Assembly (NCBI GenBank): GCA_963586955.1
Contig: CAVABR010000048.1
Location: forward strand, 7,862 to 71,861
From: a bacterium
Lineage (GTDB): Bacteria > Actinomycetota > Coriobacteriia > Coriobacteriales > Eggerthellaceae
Length of the DNA stretch: 64,000 nucleotides
Reading direction: 5' to 3'
Shown: positions 1 through 8,708 of the stretch, one piece after another
Numbering within the stretch: position 1 is the stretch's first letter
How the letters are laid out: each line of letters starts with the position of its first letter
Translations under genes and position numbers: made by a program
Notes under the pieces: model-generated
What the model saw: only the letters and a program-made list of their open reading frames with translations
Told to the model about the DNA's origin: nothing
Database searches by the model: none

Positions 1-72
1 ACCAGGAACAACCTCTTCAAGGCCTGCATGGGCAGCAAGAATTTTCTCAGCAATGGTCATAGGACGTGCCAT
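1..72 (-). CDS. leuC: 3-isopropylmalate dehydratase large subunit (aconitase family), 5' end only; runs off the window
   Basis: Manual translation gives MARPMTIAEKILAAHAGLEEVVPG, the typical LeuC/HacA N-terminus. A GGAG RBS lies just upstream of the ATG at 72. Confidence 0.75.
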   Translation of the reverse strand, partial: MARPMTIAEKILAAHAGLEEVVPG

Positions 73-181
73 AGTTTCTCCTTTTTTATAAGCAGACATG
101 CGAAACGTAGAAAATTATAACACCGACTAACAAAACATTTTCAATGCATTGCTAGCCCAACAAAACACCTGCAAAAAAGGA

Positions 182-1570
182 TTAGGGCTTAGGCAACGGC
201 CACGTAAACGGACGATCAAAAACATCCCGTTTCCAGAAAAGCCAAATAGCAATAAGAAGCATCGGAATAGCAACCTTGATGGTTTCGTAGAAAATAAATT
301 CGAATCCTGCAATTAAAACAAGGAGCGTTAACGCAAAAGCCCACGAAACGCGCAAACGGAAAATCAGGAAGACCCCTGAAATAAGCAAAAGAACCGCAGT
401 AATAATAAGCGCAGGACCGGAAAGCATATTGCTGATATCTATCCACTGCGTAAGAACAGTATAGGAATCAAAAAGTTGCGGGAAGAATGCAACAACCAAA
501 TTGGCCACCGCACAAAGAATTACCAACGTACCACTGATCCAAGCAACATCTCTATGCTTTGCCTGAGCGGAATTGTCTTTCTTTGCCGTAAAGAAGCCAG
601 ACTGAGACAGCAAAACCGCACCAATACAAAAGGGAATCCAGAACATGATACCGCGGTATACCAAAGCAATAGCGGTAGCTACCGAAAGCGAGCATCCCGC
701 ACTCGTAAGAACTGCAGCAATAGCTGCTTCAACCACGCCAACACCTTGAGGGGTTGGGCTGAGCAAAACCGAAATAACACCAAGCGAAAACGCGGCAATC
801 AAAGGACCAACATCAGTAAAACCAAAAGCAAAACCAATAGCAATCAAACAGATCATGTTCAAAATTGCTGAAGCGGAAGCATAAACAATAGTGATAGCGG
901 TTCCGCGCGGATTGCCAGCCAAAACACGAGCAGACTGCACAAAGGAATCGGCAATACCTTTACCCCAACCTTCAGGAAGTTCGCGCTTTAAAGGTTTGAT
1001 GATTTTTCGAATAATTCGCTCAATGAAATTAAAAAGTGATACCAACCATTGTGGCTTAAAGTAGCCACAGAAAAATACGCTGGCCAAAATCAAAAGCGTA
1101 CCCGCAAGCAAAAGTCCACCAATAACAAAGATGACATTCACCATTCCGCTAATGAACATGGCAATGAATCCAATAATAGAGATTACAAAAACAGCCGCAA
1201 AATAAGCAATCTGGGACAAAACTGCACCACTAGTTGCCGTACCGATATCACAGCCCCTTCTTCGGGCGTCGTCAATGATAAATGCCACACCCGTAGCACC
1301 TGAAAAGAGACAGAAGGTATTGATGAAAACAAGACTAAAAATTAAAACGATATTATGCCAAAGCCCGGTTCTTTTCCCTACCGCATCAAAGGCAGCATCG
1401 TAAGACATAGCCTGAACGATATGTCGAGCAAGCATAACAATGACCGCTACCACGAGCGGAATTAAAGCGCCACCTTGAATAGTGTCAACAAATTCGGCAA
1501 GATAATCGAGATTTGCCACAATGAAAAAAGCCCCCACAACAGCGATGAGGATAAGAATTGCTTTTTTCAT
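182..1570 (-). CDS. Lysylphosphatidylglycerol synthase TM-domain (UPF0104/MprF flippase-like) membrane protein
   Basis: 462 aa, hydrophobic along its whole length. Carries the UPF0104-type motif SPTPQGVGVVEAA...ALVYRGIMFW. Confidence 0.75.
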   Translation of the reverse strand: MKKAILILIAVVGAFFIVANLDYLAEFVDTIQGGALIPLVVAVIVMLARHIVQAMSYDAAFDAVGKRTGLWHNIVLIFSLVFINTFCLFSGATGVAFIIDDARRRGCDIGTATSGAVLSQIAYFAAVFVISIIGFIAMFISGMVNVIFVIGGLLLAGTLLILASVFFCGYFKPQWLVSLFNFIERIIRKIIKPLKRELPEGWGKGIADSFVQSARVLAGNPRGTAITIVYASASAILNMICLIAIGFAFGFTDVGPLIAAFSLGVISVLLSPTPQGVGVVEAAIAAVLTSAGCSLSVATAIALVYRGIMFWIPFCIGAVLLSQSGFFTAKKDNSAQAKHRDVAWISGTLVILCAVANLVVAFFPQLFDSYTVLTQWIDISNMLSGPALIITAVLLLISGVFLIFRLRVSWAFALTLLVLIAGFEFIFYETIKVAIPMLLIAIWLFWKRDVFDRPFTWPLPKP

Positions 1571-1744
1571 GACACCTGCCTTTTAGTTTGCTTGCTAAAC
1601 GATTTCCCTCGACTTTTACTCTATCATATCCTCTGATGGACAAAGAGCGAATTTGGTTTAGAGGGCATATGTGTCTAAGTAAATTACACTATCTATCCAA
1701 TACCTTCTTTTTCCTGCCATAAAATACGACGTAAAGAGGAAACT

Positions 1745-2323
1745 ATGCCAAGTCATATTCACCACTTAGCCAATACCACCCGAAGCTTCAGGCGTTTTAG
1801 AGAAAATTACCCGGTAACAGAAAGTCTTATGATTGATTGGGTAAACAATGCCCGTGTAACAGCAAGTGCCCGAAATGCACAACCTCTTAAATATCGCATT
1901 GTCACCGACAAGCCCACCTGCGCCCAAGTCTTCGACACGCTTGCATGGGCAGGATACTTAAAAGACTGGGATGGTCCCGAACAAGGAGAGCGCCCAACCG
2001 GCTATATCGTTATCGCAAATGACACCACTATCGCTCCTACTAATCAGGCATATTTTGATGCTGGCATTGCAGCACAAACTATAATGCTTAGCTCTACCGA
2101 AGAGGGCTTTGGCGGATGCATTATTTTATCTTTCAAGAAAAAGGAACTGAAAGAAATTCTTGATATCCCTGAGCACCTTGACCCTGTTTTAGTTTTGGCT
2201 CTAGGAAGACCAATCGAAGATGTGCGTCTTGTCGAAATGAAAGATAACGACTATCAGTACTATCGCGACGAACATAAGGTTCATTACGTTCCAAAAAGAA
2301 GCCTTGATTCTATTTTGTTCTAA
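1745..2323 (+). CDS. Nitroreductase family protein
   Basis: Motifs TRSFRRF, ASARNAQP, DAGIAAQTIML-GFGGC and LVLALGRP. AGAGGA RBS. Confidence 0.9.
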   Translation: MPSHIHHLANTTRSFRRFRENYPVTESLMIDWVNNARVTASARNAQPLKYRIVTDKPTCAQVFDTLAWAGYLKDWDGPEQGERPTGYIVIANDTTIAPTNQAYFDAGIAAQTIMLSSTEEGFGGCIILSFKKKELKEILDIPEHLDPVLVLALGRPIEDVRLVEMKDNDYQYYRDEHKVHYVPKRSLDSILF

Positions 2324-2347
2324 AAAGGAGAAAGCAAAGAATTCTCC

Positions 2348-2378
2348 CAACGTATAAGTAACAGTTTCTTATACGTTG
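2348..2378 (+). terminator. Hairpin downstream of the nitroreductase (probable terminator)
   Basis: CAACGTATAAG-N9-CTTATACGTTG is a perfect 11-bp inverted repeat, but there is no strong U-tract. Confidence 0.45.
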
Positions 2379-2453
2379 CAATGAGAACTTTTGCATCATG
2401 ACAAGATATTCAAGATGCAACTTCGACTTATGTAAGCTCACGCAAGGAATACT

Positions 2454-3398
2454 ATGAAAAAATCTGAAGCGCTTAACATATTAGGATTGAGCGATAACCC
2501 AACCGAAGATGAAATAAAAAAGGCTCATCGCAAGCTGATTATCGAAAATCATCCTGATAAATTTGGCCAAGACAAAACTGCGCGTGATGCTGCCGAAGAA
2601 AAAACCAAGCTCATTAATGAGGCGCGCGATGTATTGATCAACAAAAAGTGGGATCCTGAATACTCAACAACAGGAACTCCCTATGGCGCTCCTTTTTCGT
2701 ATAACCCCTACACGAATACCCGCCCTGCTTCGTCTGGTTCAGGGCGTCCTCAATCACAAGACCCCTTTGATATTTTTTCAGAGTGGCCCTTTACTCAAAC
2801 GAGTTTTGTATGGACAACATGGGATCCGGTTTCAGGCAAAAAGACAACCTACACCTCAGCACAAAACCCCTTTAGTGCTTCTGGCGCATCGCAGACAAAG
2901 CAAAATGCTTCGACTTCGCAAACAAGCACAAATCCATTTGCTGGTCGCACGCGCACGCAAAATATGGGAAATCCCTTTTCGAACTCATTTATGTCTTCGT
3001 TATTCGGAATTCCTTTTTATCAAGATCCCCCATCAATAGATGAACAGATAAAAGATGCCAAGAGCTTGCTTGCCCGTGATCTTAAGCTCATAGTGGTCAA
3101 ACTTGCCATTTTGGTGCTTTGTTTCCTATTTGGCTTTCAGGCAGCAGGCTTGTATTTATATACCATCATCTCAATTGGCCAAGGAATATATAAACGCGCA
3201 AAAATCTTGAGTATCTTTATTCTTGCTCCCTTTGCACTTTTGTCGCTTATTTTTGCCCCATTAGCAGACGGGCCGGTAAGAGTAATTGGCTTAGTATGTT
3301 TTGCGCTGGCCTTTATATTCGATATATCAAATATTGTCCAACATGTAAAACTACTCAACATGCTTACCAAGCAAAAAAAGAAAGCCTCCGAAAAATAA
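2454..3398 (+). CDS. J-domain (DnaJ-like) protein with C-terminal transmembrane segments
   Basis: N-terminal J domain (ALNILGL...IKKAHRKLIIENHPDK...INEARDVL), then an S/T/Q/P/F-rich linker and a hydrophobic C-terminus. Confidence 0.85.
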   Translation: MKKSEALNILGLSDNPTEDEIKKAHRKLIIENHPDKFGQDKTARDAAEEKTKLINEARDVLINKKWDPEYSTTGTPYGAPFSYNPYTNTRPASSGSGRPQSQDPFDIFSEWPFTQTSFVWTTWDPVSGKKTTYTSAQNPFSASGASQTKQNASTSQTSTNPFAGRTRTQNMGNPFSNSFMSSLFGIPFYQDPPSIDEQIKDAKSLLARDLKLIVVKLAILVLCFLFGFQAAGLYLYTIISIGQGIYKRAKILSIFILAPFALLSLIFAPLADGPVRVIGLVCFALAFIFDISNIVQHVKLLNMLTKQKKKASEK

Positions 3399-3406
3399 GG
3401 CGAATC

Positions 3407-3445
3407 AAAAAGGGTTCTTTCCAATTACAGAAAGAACCCTTTTTT
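3407..3445. terminator. Bidirectional intrinsic terminator between the J-protein gene and purH
   Basis: AAAAAGGGTTCTTTC-loop-GAAAGAACCCTTTTTT between convergent genes. Confidence 0.9.
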
Positions 3446-3512
3446 ACAACCACCATATAAGTCAGTCGCAAAATTTTGCGAGCCAAATCAAGGCCGGCAA
3501 AATACAAAACAA

Positions 3513-5087
3513 CTAGTGTCTAAAGTGACGATGACCGGTAAATACCATAGCAATGCCATGCTCGTTAGCAGCCTCAATTACCTCTCCATCTCTGATGGAT
3601 CCTCCCGGCTGAATAACAGCAGTAATTCCTGCTTCAGCTAGCACATCAAGGCCATCACGGAAGGGGAAGAAAGCATCGCTTGCCGCAACGGCACCTTTTG
3701 CCTTCTCTCCGGCTTGTGCAACTGCAATACGAGCTGAATTAACGCGATTAGGCTGTCCGCCACCTTCGCCCAAGTTAGCAGAATCTTTAGCAATAAGGAT
3801 GGCGTTAGACTTAACGGATTTGCATGCCTTCCATGCAAAAATGAGATCCGCCATTTCTTCATCGGTAGGCTTGCGATCAGTAGCAACAGTAAAAGTAGAA
3901 GGATCTTCTGACACAGCATCGGTTTCTTGGCAGAGCAAACCGCCTTCAACCGCGCGATACTCAAGCGTATTGCCAGCAGGATTTACCCCACCCGTCTCAA
4001 GAAGACGAGCATTAGGTTTTGCTTCATACATTGCCAAAGCTTCAGCAGAAAATTCGGGCGCAATAATAGCTTCAACGAATTGCTTATTAGCAAAGATCTT
4101 CTCACAAACCTCAGCGCCCACTGGCCTGTTAAACGCAATAACACCACCATAAGCTGAAACAGGATCAGCCTCATAAGCTACCTCATAGGCAGAAACAACA
4201 TCAGAAGAAACCGCAACGCCACAAGGGGTAAGGTGCTTAACAATTACACAGGCAGGATCGGTATATTCCCTAACCGCAACCCAGGCAGCGTCTAAGTCAA
4301 GATAGTTATTATAGGAAAGCTCTTTGCCTTGCTTTTGAGTTGCATGAGCAAGGGTATTTTGAGCGTTTGGATAGCTATCAATAGTAAAGAACGCTGCTTT
4401 TTGATGAGGATTTTCTCCATAGCGAAGGTCTTGACGCTTGGTAAGACCCAAAGAAACCTTCTCAGGAAAACCGCTAGCATTTTCTTCAGAAATACGACCA
4501 GCAAGCCATGAAGCAATAGCTCCATCATAGCGAGAAGTTGTTTCAAATACTTTGAGCGCAAGCTGAGCGCGCGTCTCATAGGTAGTCGAACCACCATTTG
4601 AACGCATTTCTTCCAGAATAGAATCATAAGAATCAGGATTGGTAACCACCGCTACGCTTGCAAAATTCTTAGCAGCAGAACGAAGCATGGAAGGGCCACC
4701 AATGTCGATATTTTCAACGCAGTCTGCAAAACCAGCACCGGAAGCAACGGTCTTTTCGAAAGCATAAAGATTGACAACAATCATATCGATCATTTCAATG
4801 CCATGCTCTTTTGCCTGAGCCATATGCTCCGCGTTGTCACGCTTTGCCAAAAGACCACCATGTACTGCAGGGTGAAGCGTCTTTACTCGCCCATCCATCA
4901 TTTCAGGAAACTGAGTGACTTCATCAATGGGAGTGACGGCAATACCTGCATCAGAGAGAACTTTCGCTGTTCCACCGGTAGATATAATTTGAACATTAAA
5001 TTCTTTGACAAGACTCTGGGCGAATTCCACAATGCCAGTTTTGTCAGTAACGGACATCAATACTCTCTTAACAACAGGCTCTGTCAT
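3513..5087 (-). CDS. purH: Bifunctional AICAR transformylase/IMP cyclohydrolase
   Basis: Motifs SVTDKTG, GRVKTLHP, IDIGGPSM, LRYGENPHQ, SDAFFPF and C-terminal RHFRH. Confidence 0.98.
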   Translation of the reverse strand: MTEPVVKRVLMSVTDKTGIVEFAQSLVKEFNVQIISTGGTAKVLSDAGIAVTPIDEVTQFPEMMDGRVKTLHPAVHGGLLAKRDNAEHMAQAKEHGIEMIDMIVVNLYAFEKTVASGAGFADCVENIDIGGPSMLRSAAKNFASVAVVTNPDSYDSILEEMRSNGGSTTYETRAQLALKVFETTSRYDGAIASWLAGRISEENASGFPEKVSLGLTKRQDLRYGENPHQKAAFFTIDSYPNAQNTLAHATQKQGKELSYNNYLDLDAAWVAVREYTDPACVIVKHLTPCGVAVSSDVVSAYEVAYEADPVSAYGGVIAFNRPVGAEVCEKIFANKQFVEAIIAPEFSAEALAMYEAKPNARLLETGGVNPAGNTLEYRAVEGGLLCQETDAVSEDPSTFTVATDRKPTDEEMADLIFAWKACKSVKSNAILIAKDSANLGEGGGQPNRVNSARIAVAQAGEKAKGAVAASDAFFPFRDGLDVLAEAGITAVIQPGGSIRDGEVIEAANEHGIAMVFTGHRHFRH

Positions 5088-5179
5088 ACAAATCTCCTTT
5101 CAAAAGCGTATGCATTTTGAGTATAAACCTTCTTGATCTTTGTCAATTCAACTAAGGCAAGAAAAAGCATTAATGCGGG

Positions 5180-5824
5180 TTATTCGGGAAGAATAGCTAC
5201 GGTTCTATCATTCTTGATCACAACGCGTCTTTCAGACAACAAAGAAACCACTTTGGGATACAACTCGTGTTCAACCGCATGGATTTTTTCTTCAAGAGAT
5301 TCAAGCGTGTCGTCCTCAGAAATTACTACTGCCTCTTGAGCGATGATGGGACCTTTGTCGTAGTCCTCATTGGCAAAATGAACCGTTACGCCGGTAACCT
5401 TTGCTCCAAATTCATAAGCATCTTTGATGGCATGTGCGCCCTTAAAAGACGGAAGCAAGGCTGGATGCAAATTGACAACCCTATCAGGAAAAGCAAGCAA
5501 AACTTCTGAGGTAAGCTTGCGCATATAGCCTGCCATAATTACATATTCTGCTCCCGAATGAAGCAACTCATGAGCAATAACCTCATTAGCAGCTTTGGCG
5601 TCTTTGTATACTTCTTTATTCAATGAAACGGTAGGGATTCCTGCATTTTTCGCACGAATTAGCCCGTGGGCATCAGGGCGCGACGAAATTACAACCGTAA
5701 TTTCGGCATTGAGACTACCAGCATTGATTTTATCGATAAGCGACTGAAGATTAGAACCGCTCCCACTAATGAGAACACCTATTTTTAAAGGAGCAGAAGA
5801 TACCGTGTCAGATAGAGAACTCAA
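5180..5824 (-). CDS. purN: Phosphoribosylglycinamide formyltransferase
   Basis: Motifs ISGSGSNLQ, NLHPALLP, GVTVHF and DKGPIIAQ. Start moved from the ORF-track 5896 to the TTG at 5824, which follows an AGAAAGGA RBS. Confidence 0.95.
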   Translation of the reverse strand: MSSLSDTVSSAPLKIGVLISGSGSNLQSLIDKINAGSLNAEITVVISSRPDAHGLIRAKNAGIPTVSLNKEVYKDAKAANEVIAHELLHSGAEYVIMAGYMRKLTSEVLLAFPDRVVNLHPALLPSFKGAHAIKDAYEFGAKVTGVTVHFANEDYDKGPIIAQEAVVISEDDTLESLEEKIHAVEHELYPKVVSLLSERRVVIKNDRTVAILPE

Positions 5825-5995
5825 CGTTGTCCTTTCTTTTAAGCGAAGACTGCCCCAGGCAATCACTTCGCACCAACAATGCTCCGAATACACCAAGTTG
5901 AAGCCATCTAAAGAAGAGCCGTTGCCCCAAGGTAATTCCTTCGCACAAATAGCATCACGGCTAGCTTATAACCTTGCAACCAAGAAACAATGAAG

Positions 5996-7153
5996 CTATT
6001 CTTCGCTATCCCCTTTAGCAAAAGGCACAAAGAGATCTTCTTGGTCAACGTAGCTAACCTCGCCCTGTCCGGGGATAATCTTACCTACTATGAAAGGAGT
6101 TTCTCCTTCATCGGATAGCAGAGTCATCACTTCATCAACCTTGCTCGGATTAACAATGAGCACCATTCCTAATCCCATATTAAACGTCTTGAGTGCTTCC
6201 TCTTCATCTAAATGAGCAGCACGGCAAACCCAAGGAATGATAGGTGCCATAGACCAGGTTCCAACATGAACTTCCGCATTGAGCGTATCAGGAAGAGCAC
6301 GATTGAGGTTTTCCGTTATACCACCACCAGTGATGTGAGCCAAAGAACGTATTGCTCCTGGGAGTTTTCGCAAAACAGAACGAACGGGCTTGACATAGAT
6401 GCGCGTTGGTTCCAATAAAGCATCCAAAACGCTTCTTCCGCCCAATTCTTCCTTTTCTAAACGAAGCTCATAGAGCGTTTTACCTTCGGTGCAAACTTTA
6501 CGAGCCAAAGAATAACCATTCGAATGAATGCCTGAGCTTGCAAGGCCAATCAAAATATCGCCCTCTTGTACTTTAGCAGGATCAAGCATTTCAGGACGAT
6601 CAACAATGCCAACGCAAAAACCCGAGAGGTCATATTCGTTCGGATCCATAACGCCCGGATGTTCAGCCATTTCTCCACCCACCAGAGCACAGCCACTCAT
6701 AACGCATCCATCAGCAATACCAGAGACAATTTCAGAGACCTCTTCGCTCTTGAGCTTTCCTACCGCAATATAGTCAAGGAAAAACAAGGGTTCGGCGCCG
6801 GTTGCAAGAATGTCATTGACACACATTGCTACCAAGTCAATGCCAACCGTGTCATGTTTGTTGGCAAGTTTTGCAAGCTGAATCTTAGTTCCAACACCGT
6901 CGGTACCGGAAACCAGGATAGGATCTGCCATTTGCTTGGCAACTTTCAAAGAAAAAAGCCCGCCGAAGCCCCCAATATCACCGCGAACTTCATCACGATA
7001 GGTACGGTGAACCGAATCTTTAATGGCATCAACCGCGCGCGCTCCCTCTTCAATGTCAACGCCCGCTTGAGCATAGGTGGTAGAGCCTTGCGTTGTCCAG
7101 CTTGGCCATTTTGCATCTGAATCAAGAGCATTAACGTGAATACGATCAGTCAT
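5996..7153 (-). CDS. purM: Phosphoribosylformylglycinamidine cyclo-ligase (AIR synthetase)
   Basis: Motifs YAQAGVDI, GTDGVGTK, GIHSNGYSL, HITGGG and TFNMGLG. Confidence 0.98.
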   Translation of the reverse strand: MTDRIHVNALDSDAKWPSWTTQGSTTYAQAGVDIEEGARAVDAIKDSVHRTYRDEVRGDIGGFGGLFSLKVAKQMADPILVSGTDGVGTKIQLAKLANKHDTVGIDLVAMCVNDILATGAEPLFFLDYIAVGKLKSEEVSEIVSGIADGCVMSGCALVGGEMAEHPGVMDPNEYDLSGFCVGIVDRPEMLDPAKVQEGDILIGLASSGIHSNGYSLARKVCTEGKTLYELRLEKEELGGRSVLDALLEPTRIYVKPVRSVLRKLPGAIRSLAHITGGGITENLNRALPDTLNAEVHVGTWSMAPIIPWVCRAAHLDEEEALKTFNMGLGMVLIVNPSKVDEVMTLLSDEGETPFIVGKIIPGQGEVSYVDQEDLFVPFAKGDSEE

Positions 7154-7256
7154 GTTTGTCTCCTATTGCCCCAAAGGGCTTGTTTGTCTTGCTATTGCGC
7201 TTAACCAAATGGCATTAGCTACTAATACCATCTCTAATTTAACCATTATGCAGGAT

Positions 7257-8708
7257 TTATTTTGCAAGGTTTTCGGGAAGAAAGCTTTTTGCTTTGATTG
7301 CATCAGGAATTTCAACCGGATAATCGCCGGTAAAGCATGCATCACAAAAACCTGGATGGTCACTTTTTACCGCCTCATGAAGGCCGGCAACAGAAATGAA
7401 GGCAAGCGAATCACAGCCAATAAATTCACACATTTCCTCATTGTTCATATTTGCTGCAATAAGTTGATCCTGCGTGTCGGTATCTATTCCATAAAAGCAA
7501 GGCCAGCGAACCTCAGGAGATACAATGCGCAAATGAACTTCGCTTGCACCTGCGTTTTTCAGCATATCAACCAACTTTTTTGAAGTATTTCCTCGTACAA
7601 CCGAGTCGTCAATTACAATCAAACGCTTGCCTGAAATAAGCGAAGAGAGCGGATTGAGCTTTATTCGAATACCCATTTGACGCATCTCGTTGGTGGGCTC
7701 AATAAACGTTCTTCCAACGTAGCGATTCTTAACAATGCCGTCGCTATACGGAATACCGCTTTCAATGGCATAACCCATCGCGGAAGGAAGGCCTGAATCA
7801 GGAACACCTAAAACCAAATCTGCTTCAACAGGAGCTTCTTTTGCTAAGATGCGTCCCATTCTTCTGCGAGACTGATAAACACTAACGCCGTCCAACACAG
7901 AATCAGGGCGGGCAAAATAAACATACTCAAACAAACAGCTTGCGCGCTTTTCAGGCGTAACGGCAATCTGAGAAGTTAACCCTTCATCATTGATGCGGAT
8001 AATCTCACCAGGAGCAACTTCACGAACAAATTCCGCGCCAACAATATCAAGACCGCAGGTTTCAGAAGAAACAACCCAGCCACGATTATCAGGCAATTGA
8101 CCCAAAACAAGAGGGCGAATTCCGTGAGGATCGCGGAATGCATAAAGCGTATCAGGGCTTGAAAGCACCATAGCGTAAGCACCCCTCATCATTCTCATGG
8201 CTTTTTTGATGCCATCTCGAAGTGAATGGGTAGAGCTGGTTACTTCGCCAATGATTTTTGCTGCTACCTCTGAGTCAGTATTAGCGCGAAGCGAAACACC
8301 ATAGTCAACTAACTGCGCTTTAAGTGAATTGGTATTTACCAGCGTGCCATTGTGAGCAAGCGCGATCAAAATTTCATCAATGGCAGAAATATGAGGCTGT
8401 GCCGCCTCCCAAGACTCAACTCCGCCACTTGTTGAGTAGCGCACATGGCCGATGGCAACCTTTCCTCTTAAAGCAGAAAGCGAAGATTCGTCAAAGACTT
8501 GGGTAACTAGACCAAGATCTTTAAAAGCAAGGACAGTTTCGCCATCCCCTACCGCAATACCGGCCGATTCTTGCCCGCGGTGCTGAAGCGCTTGAAGACC
8601 AAAACAGGTCAGTCTTGCTACGTCATCATCAGGAGCATATACGCCAAACACCCCACATTCTTCTTCAAGGGTATCGAACAAGTCATGGTGTTTTGAAGAA
8701 TTAATCAT
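7257..8708 (-). CDS. purF: Amidophosphoribosyltransferase
   Basis: Propeptide followed by CGVFG, then LQHRGQE, GHVRYST, CLFEYVYFARPDS and the PRPP loop IDDSVVRGNT. Confidence 0.98.
   Translation of the reverse strand: MINSSKHHDLFDTLEEECGVFGVYAPDDDVARLTCFGLQALQHRGQESAGIAVGDGETVLAFKDLGLVTQVFDESSLSALRGKVAIGHVRYSTSGGVESWEAAQPHISAIDEILIALAHNGTLVNTNSLKAQLVDYGVSLRANTDSEVAAKIIGEVTSSTHSLRDGIKKAMRMMRGAYAMVLSSPDTLYAFRDPHGIRPLVLGQLPDNRGWVVSSETCGLDIVGAEFVREVAPGEIIRINDEGLTSQIAVTPEKRASCLFEYVYFARPDSVLDGVSVYQSRRRMGRILAKEAPVEADLVLGVPDSGLPSAMGYAIESGIPYSDGIVKNRYVGRTFIEPTNEMRQMGIRIKLNPLSSLISGKRLIVIDDSVVRGNTSKKLVDMLKNAGASEVHLRIVSPEVRWPCFYGIDTDTQDQLIAANMNNEEMCEFIGCDSLAFISVAGLHEAVKSDHPGFCDACFTGDYPVEIPDAIKAKSFLPENLAK

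Noticed and set aside
2341..2453. CIRCE or HAIR heat-shock operator before the J-domain gene
   Set aside because: The inverted repeats match neither TTAGCACTC-N9-GAGTGCTAA nor CTTGAGT-N7-ACTCAAG.
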